Position numbers and translations under genes: made by a program. A model generated the notes under the pieces. It did not search any database. It was given only the letters and a program-made list of their open reading frames with translations, and was not told where the DNA came from. 64,000 bases of DNA, taken from Acidobacteriota bacterium. GTDB taxonomy: Bacteria > Acidobacteriota > UBA890 > WLXD01. Location: the NCBI GenBank assembly GCA_965248695.1, contig CBDFKD010000002.1:2880001-2944000 (forward strand), given 5' to 3'. How positions within the stretch are numbered: position 1 is the stretch's first letter; each line of letters starts with the position of its first letter. Positions 60,659-64,000 of the stretch are shown piece after piece.

Positions 60659-61060
60659 GAAGGCTCCTGAGGATTCTCTTTGGATCGTGCTTTCACCACA
60701 GTCGGCTAGCTCCTGCAGGGATACGGCGGCCTCTGAAGACCCTCGCTCAGAGGCAGGCGATGTTACGCCCACCCCGGCGGGGCCCGCAAACTCGGCGCGA
60801 GAGCCGTTCGCCGCCCGTAGCCCACCGCGAGGTGTGCGATTCTCCCCTAGCCGGCGAGTCCGTCACCGCAAACAGCTTGAGCTGTTCGACTCATCCGCCG
60901 CGCCGCTCGTAGATCTCGCGGCCGCGGTGTTGACGTTGCGCGGCTGGACTCGCTACGCTGCGCCGTCCGAGAAGACACCATCGAGCTGCTGGCGCGGTGA
61001 GAGCGCAGGGCAATGCTCCTGCCACCGAGCAAGCTGGCCACCGGGAGGGAAACGATCGTG

Positions 61061-61936
61061 ATGAAGGGTGCTGTTGCGTTGGGACTGCTAGCCGCGTTTG
61101 TTGCATTGAACGCTGAGAACCCCAAGCCGGAGCACGGAGCCTCCACCAGTGGCCAGGAGTTGAGGGCTTCCAGCGGTAAGCTCGAGTTCAGGTCTTCCAG
61201 CAGTAGTGAGATGATCAACTCTGAAGAGCCATGGCCAGCTAGGTTGTTCCCGGATGTCAACCTGAGCTTCCTTACCGAGGGCTTCTCGACGGACGATGGC
61301 TCGGAGAACTCGATCCGCTGCACTGCCAAGGTGCGGGATGGCGGGAAGGGACGCAAGGGGGTGAAGATCACGTTCGACGGCGAGATCGTCGACCTCAACA
61401 ACAACCCCGTGGTTGGTCTGCCGACTACGTCCGGTAAGACCGATAAGGACGGCAATCTCGAGATCGACTTTCCCCTGGACGATCTACCCGGCGGGGACCT
61501 CGCGGTGATCATCGAGGGGACTTTCACCACCAGGAAACCGATGGACTCCGCGAAAGTCGAGTGCGCCTCCCGTAACCGTATGCCATGCCAGGACGGCCCG
61601 GAAACCTTGTGCCTTCTCGACGACGCGCGCTTCAAGGTCGAAGTGGATTGGACAAGCTCCAACTCGTCCGGAACGGGACAGGTGGTGACTTCTGGTCCTA
61701 ATCAAGGGATCTTTTACTTCTTCAACCCCAACAGCCAAGACCTCCTGGTGCAGCTGCTCGAGGCATGCGGCAACAACGATCACTTCTGGGTCTTTTTCCA
61801 GCCTTTCACCCAAGTCGATTTCGACATGACGGTTACCGATACGGAGACGGGCCAGATTCGGACCTACGGCGACAACTCCGCCGGGAATCCCTTTCAGGCG
61901 GTTACCGATACCAGTGCCTTTGCCACCTGTCCGTGA
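61061..61936 (+). CDS. Secreted protein: Ig-like N-domain plus the LCL..RF.VEV.W...AFATCP C-terminal domain seen in Thermoanaerobaculia surface proteins
   Basis: ETLCLLDDARFKVEVDW, FYFFNPN..DLLVQLLEAC..NDHFWVF, TVTDTETG, DTSAFATCP. Confidence 0.7.
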   Translation: MKGAVALGLLAAFVALNAENPKPEHGASTSGQELRASSGKLEFRSSSSSEMINSEEPWPARLFPDVNLSFLTEGFSTDDGSENSIRCTAKVRDGGKGRKGVKITFDGEIVDLNNNPVVGLPTTSGKTDKDGNLEIDFPLDDLPGGDLAVIIEGTFTTRKPMDSAKVECASRNRMPCQDGPETLCLLDDARFKVEVDWTSSNSSGTGQVVTSGPNQGIFYFFNPNSQDLLVQLLEACGNNDHFWVFFQPFTQVDFDMTVTDTETGQIRTYGDNSAGNPFQAVTDTSAFATCP

Positions 61937-62002
61937 TCGCACGATCCGGCGACGTAACCGGATACGGAATCACGTAGCGCAAGCCGGGACGATTGCCTGT
62001 GC

Positions 62003-62140
62003 CTACGGATCCGTAGGCGCGAGCCGCTTCAACTCCTTGAAGTCTTCTCGCTCGTAGATCACGCGTCCGTCGAACAGGGTCATCTCCACAACGGCCTGGT
62101 GAATCGTCAACGGCGGTACTTCGAAGAGGTTCCGACTCGA
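62003..62140 (-). pseudogene. C-terminal relic of an amidohydrolase-3 gene
   Basis: SRNLFEVPPLTIHQAVVEMTLFDGRVIYER...*. Confidence 0.6.
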
Positions 62141-62354
62141 CATCGAGTTCGATGCCAAGGTTGCCAACTACGCGTCGCTCGAAACCGCGATGAAGGCGAG
62201 AACGAGACGACCGTCGGTGTTCAACGCGGAGCGGTCTCGACGCGCTCAAAGTGCTGATCGATCCAGTCGACCCAACGTCGTCGCAGGTCCCGCCGGTGCA
62301 CCGGGTCTGACGGGAAGTGCCCGCTCACGATCATGACGAGGCGCAAAGATCGAC

Positions 62355-63158
62355 TCAACCGGCCGCGCCCGGACCGGTATCGTCTTTCACTGGCACCGTG
62401 TAGTTGAGCGGCAGGCGACCGCCATCCGGATACACCGTCTGACCGGTGACGTACGAGGCGTAGTCGCTGGCCAGAAACACCGCCACTCGCGCGACCTCCT
62501 CAGGCTCACCGACACGACCCAACGGCGTGCGCGACAGGATCGACCGACGCGACTCCTCGTTGGTCATCACCTCGCCCAGCATGTCGGTTGCGATCGAGCC
62601 CGGACCGATAGCGTTGACGCGGATCCGATGCGGCGCGAGCCGGATCGCCATCGCGCGCGTTAGCTGCATGATGCCGCCTTTCGACACCGCGTAGGGAAGC
62701 TGATCGGGGATCGCTACCACGGCATTGGTCGACGACATATTGATGATCGCGCCCTCGATACTCCGGTCGACCATGTGTCGCGCCACCAGCCTGCTGAGCA
62801 GGAACGTGCCACGCAGATTGACCGAGAGAACGCGGTCAAAGTCCTCGATCGACGCGTCGAGGATCGAGCCGGCGACGATGATGCCGGCGTTGTTGACCAG
62901 GAGGTCGCATTGACCGAAGCGGTCGATGCACGCGGCAAGCAGGCGCTCGCACTGTTCCGGCTCGCTGATGTCGGCGGTGACAGCCAGCGTTGGCGTGCCG
63001 GCGGCCGCGGCGATCTCGTCGGCGGTAGCATGGCACGCGTCCCCGGCTACGTCAGCGAGCACGACGGCGGCGCCATGCTCTGCGAACGCCCTGGCGCATG
63101 CCGCCCCGATACCACGAGCGGCGCCGGTTACGATGGCGCTTTTGTCGTCGAGATTCAT
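62355..63158 (-). CDS. Short-chain dehydrogenase/reductase (FabG-like)
   Basis: TGAARGIG, NNAG, YAVSK, IRVNAIGPG, DGG. Confidence 0.95.
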   Translation of the reverse strand: MNLDDKSAIVTGAARGIGAACARAFAEHGAAVVLADVAGDACHATADEIAAAAGTPTLAVTADISEPEQCERLLAACIDRFGQCDLLVNNAGIIVAGSILDASIEDFDRVLSVNLRGTFLLSRLVARHMVDRSIEGAIINMSSTNAVVAIPDQLPYAVSKGGIMQLTRAMAIRLAPHRIRVNAIGPGSIATDMLGEVMTNEESRRSILSRTPLGRVGEPEEVARVAVFLASDYASYVTGQTVYPDGGRLPLNYTVPVKDDTGPGAAG

Positions 63159-63341
63159 CGTGACCCTTGTGACCTACACCGGCGAAACAAGTTGGCGGGC
63201 GTCAGAAATGGAACGATCCCTCCCGACGGGGTATGAGCGGTATCTGCCTGGAGCGCCCGACGGCCTGGTCATGAGCGTTTGCACGGCGGAGACCGGGCAC
63301 TGGCAACGTCAGTCGCCAGGCGACGCTAGCCGCTCACCGAC

Positions 63342-64000
63342 TCAACTAGTAGGGGGCGCGCCGAAGCGCTTCGCGAGCATCTTGTACCAGTCGCGGAACG
63401 GTCCGGTGGTGTTTTGCCAGAACGTCCGGTACTCGTCCTGCATCCCGGGGCCAAGGCCCCAGGGCGTATGTTCGTCGGTCTCGGGGATGTAGAGAGTCCC
63501 GAACATCCGGTCATAGATGCTGGTGACCGCCGCCATGTTCGTGTTCCAGTGCTTTCTCGCATAGCTGTGGTGCGTGTGATGCATCGCCGGGCTTTGGATC
63601 CAGCGCTCGAGCCAGCGCGGGTATCGGAACTGGACGTGATAGTGGCGGAAGGCACCGTTGAAGCCGAATAACAGCGAAAACACGCTGACGTTCAGTATCG
63701 TGGCGCGTGTAATCCCGCCGTTGAACAGGTAGGCGAATACTCCAGCGGCCATCGCGTAGCTGAACGCCGACCCTGCCGCCCAGATCGGGCCGGCCAGGAA
63801 ATGCTCACGGGACCGCGTCCACGGCGTCAAAACTTCCGCCGAGTGATGCACTTTATGGATCGCCCATAGTGCCGGGTACGTGTGCATGCACCAGTGGATG
63901 GCGTAGAACATGAGGTCGTAGGCGAGCAGGGCAACCAGGCTGTAGAGCACCATCCACGCAACGCTGACCTGCAACGCCGGGGTCTCGCCGAACACGAACT
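63342..64000 (-). CDS. Sterol desaturase/fatty acid hydroxylase family; 5' end outside the window
   Basis: His boxes HWCMH, HKVHHS, RH, HHTHHS; DRMFGT. Confidence 0.9.
   Translation of the reverse strand, partial: FVFGETPALQVSVAWMVLYSLVALLAYDLMFYAIHWCMHTYPALWAIHKVHHSAEVLTPWTRSREHFLAGPIWAAGSAFSYAMAAGVFAYLFNGGITRATILNVSVFSLLFGFNGAFRHYHVQFRYPRWLERWIQSPAMHHTHHSYARKHWNTNMAAVTSIYDRMFGTLYIPETDEHTPWGLGPGMQDEYRTFWQNTTGPFRDWYKMLAKRFGAPPTS

Noticed and set aside
62141-62310. Plus-strand fragment ending GLDALKVLIDP, resembling a zinc-ADH tail
   Set aside because: Too short and frameshifted to support a call.
1-64000. CRISPR array, integron attC array, rRNA or prophage
   Set aside because: No regularly spaced repeats, cas, integrase or phage genes were seen; the only tandem repeats are the IS duplication and the collagen codons.

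Overview
GC-rich bacterial window, probably Acidobacteriota (Thermoanaerobaculia-like, inferred from the C-terminal domain of the 61061-61936 protein), with three zones. (1) 1-15.4 kb is a surface-polysaccharide locus: GT4, GT2, a WecA-like fusion, an epimerase, a sugar O-methyltransferase, a kinase-like/methyltransferase fusion, an internally deleted capD, and a wzb-like phosphatase cut off by an IS. (2) 15.4-50 kb starts with a damaged IS3 element, followed by a mosaic island scarred by IS ends. The island is packed with mostly exported small-molecule catabolic enzymes: two spermidine-dehydrogenase-like flavoproteins, a Rieske oxygenase with a Tat-like leader, a GcvT-like demethylase, a DMFase alpha/beta pair, two M24-fold proteins, two sulfatases, amidohydrolases, an M28 peptidase, two secreted bicupins, MmsA and transporters. 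(3) 50-64 kb holds a collagen-like protein, a DUF5916 protein, TA modules, an M16 peptidase pair, an SDR and a sterol desaturase, plus several gene relics. No rRNA, intact tRNA or CRISPR array was seen. All family calls come from motif recognition by eye; no database search was run.
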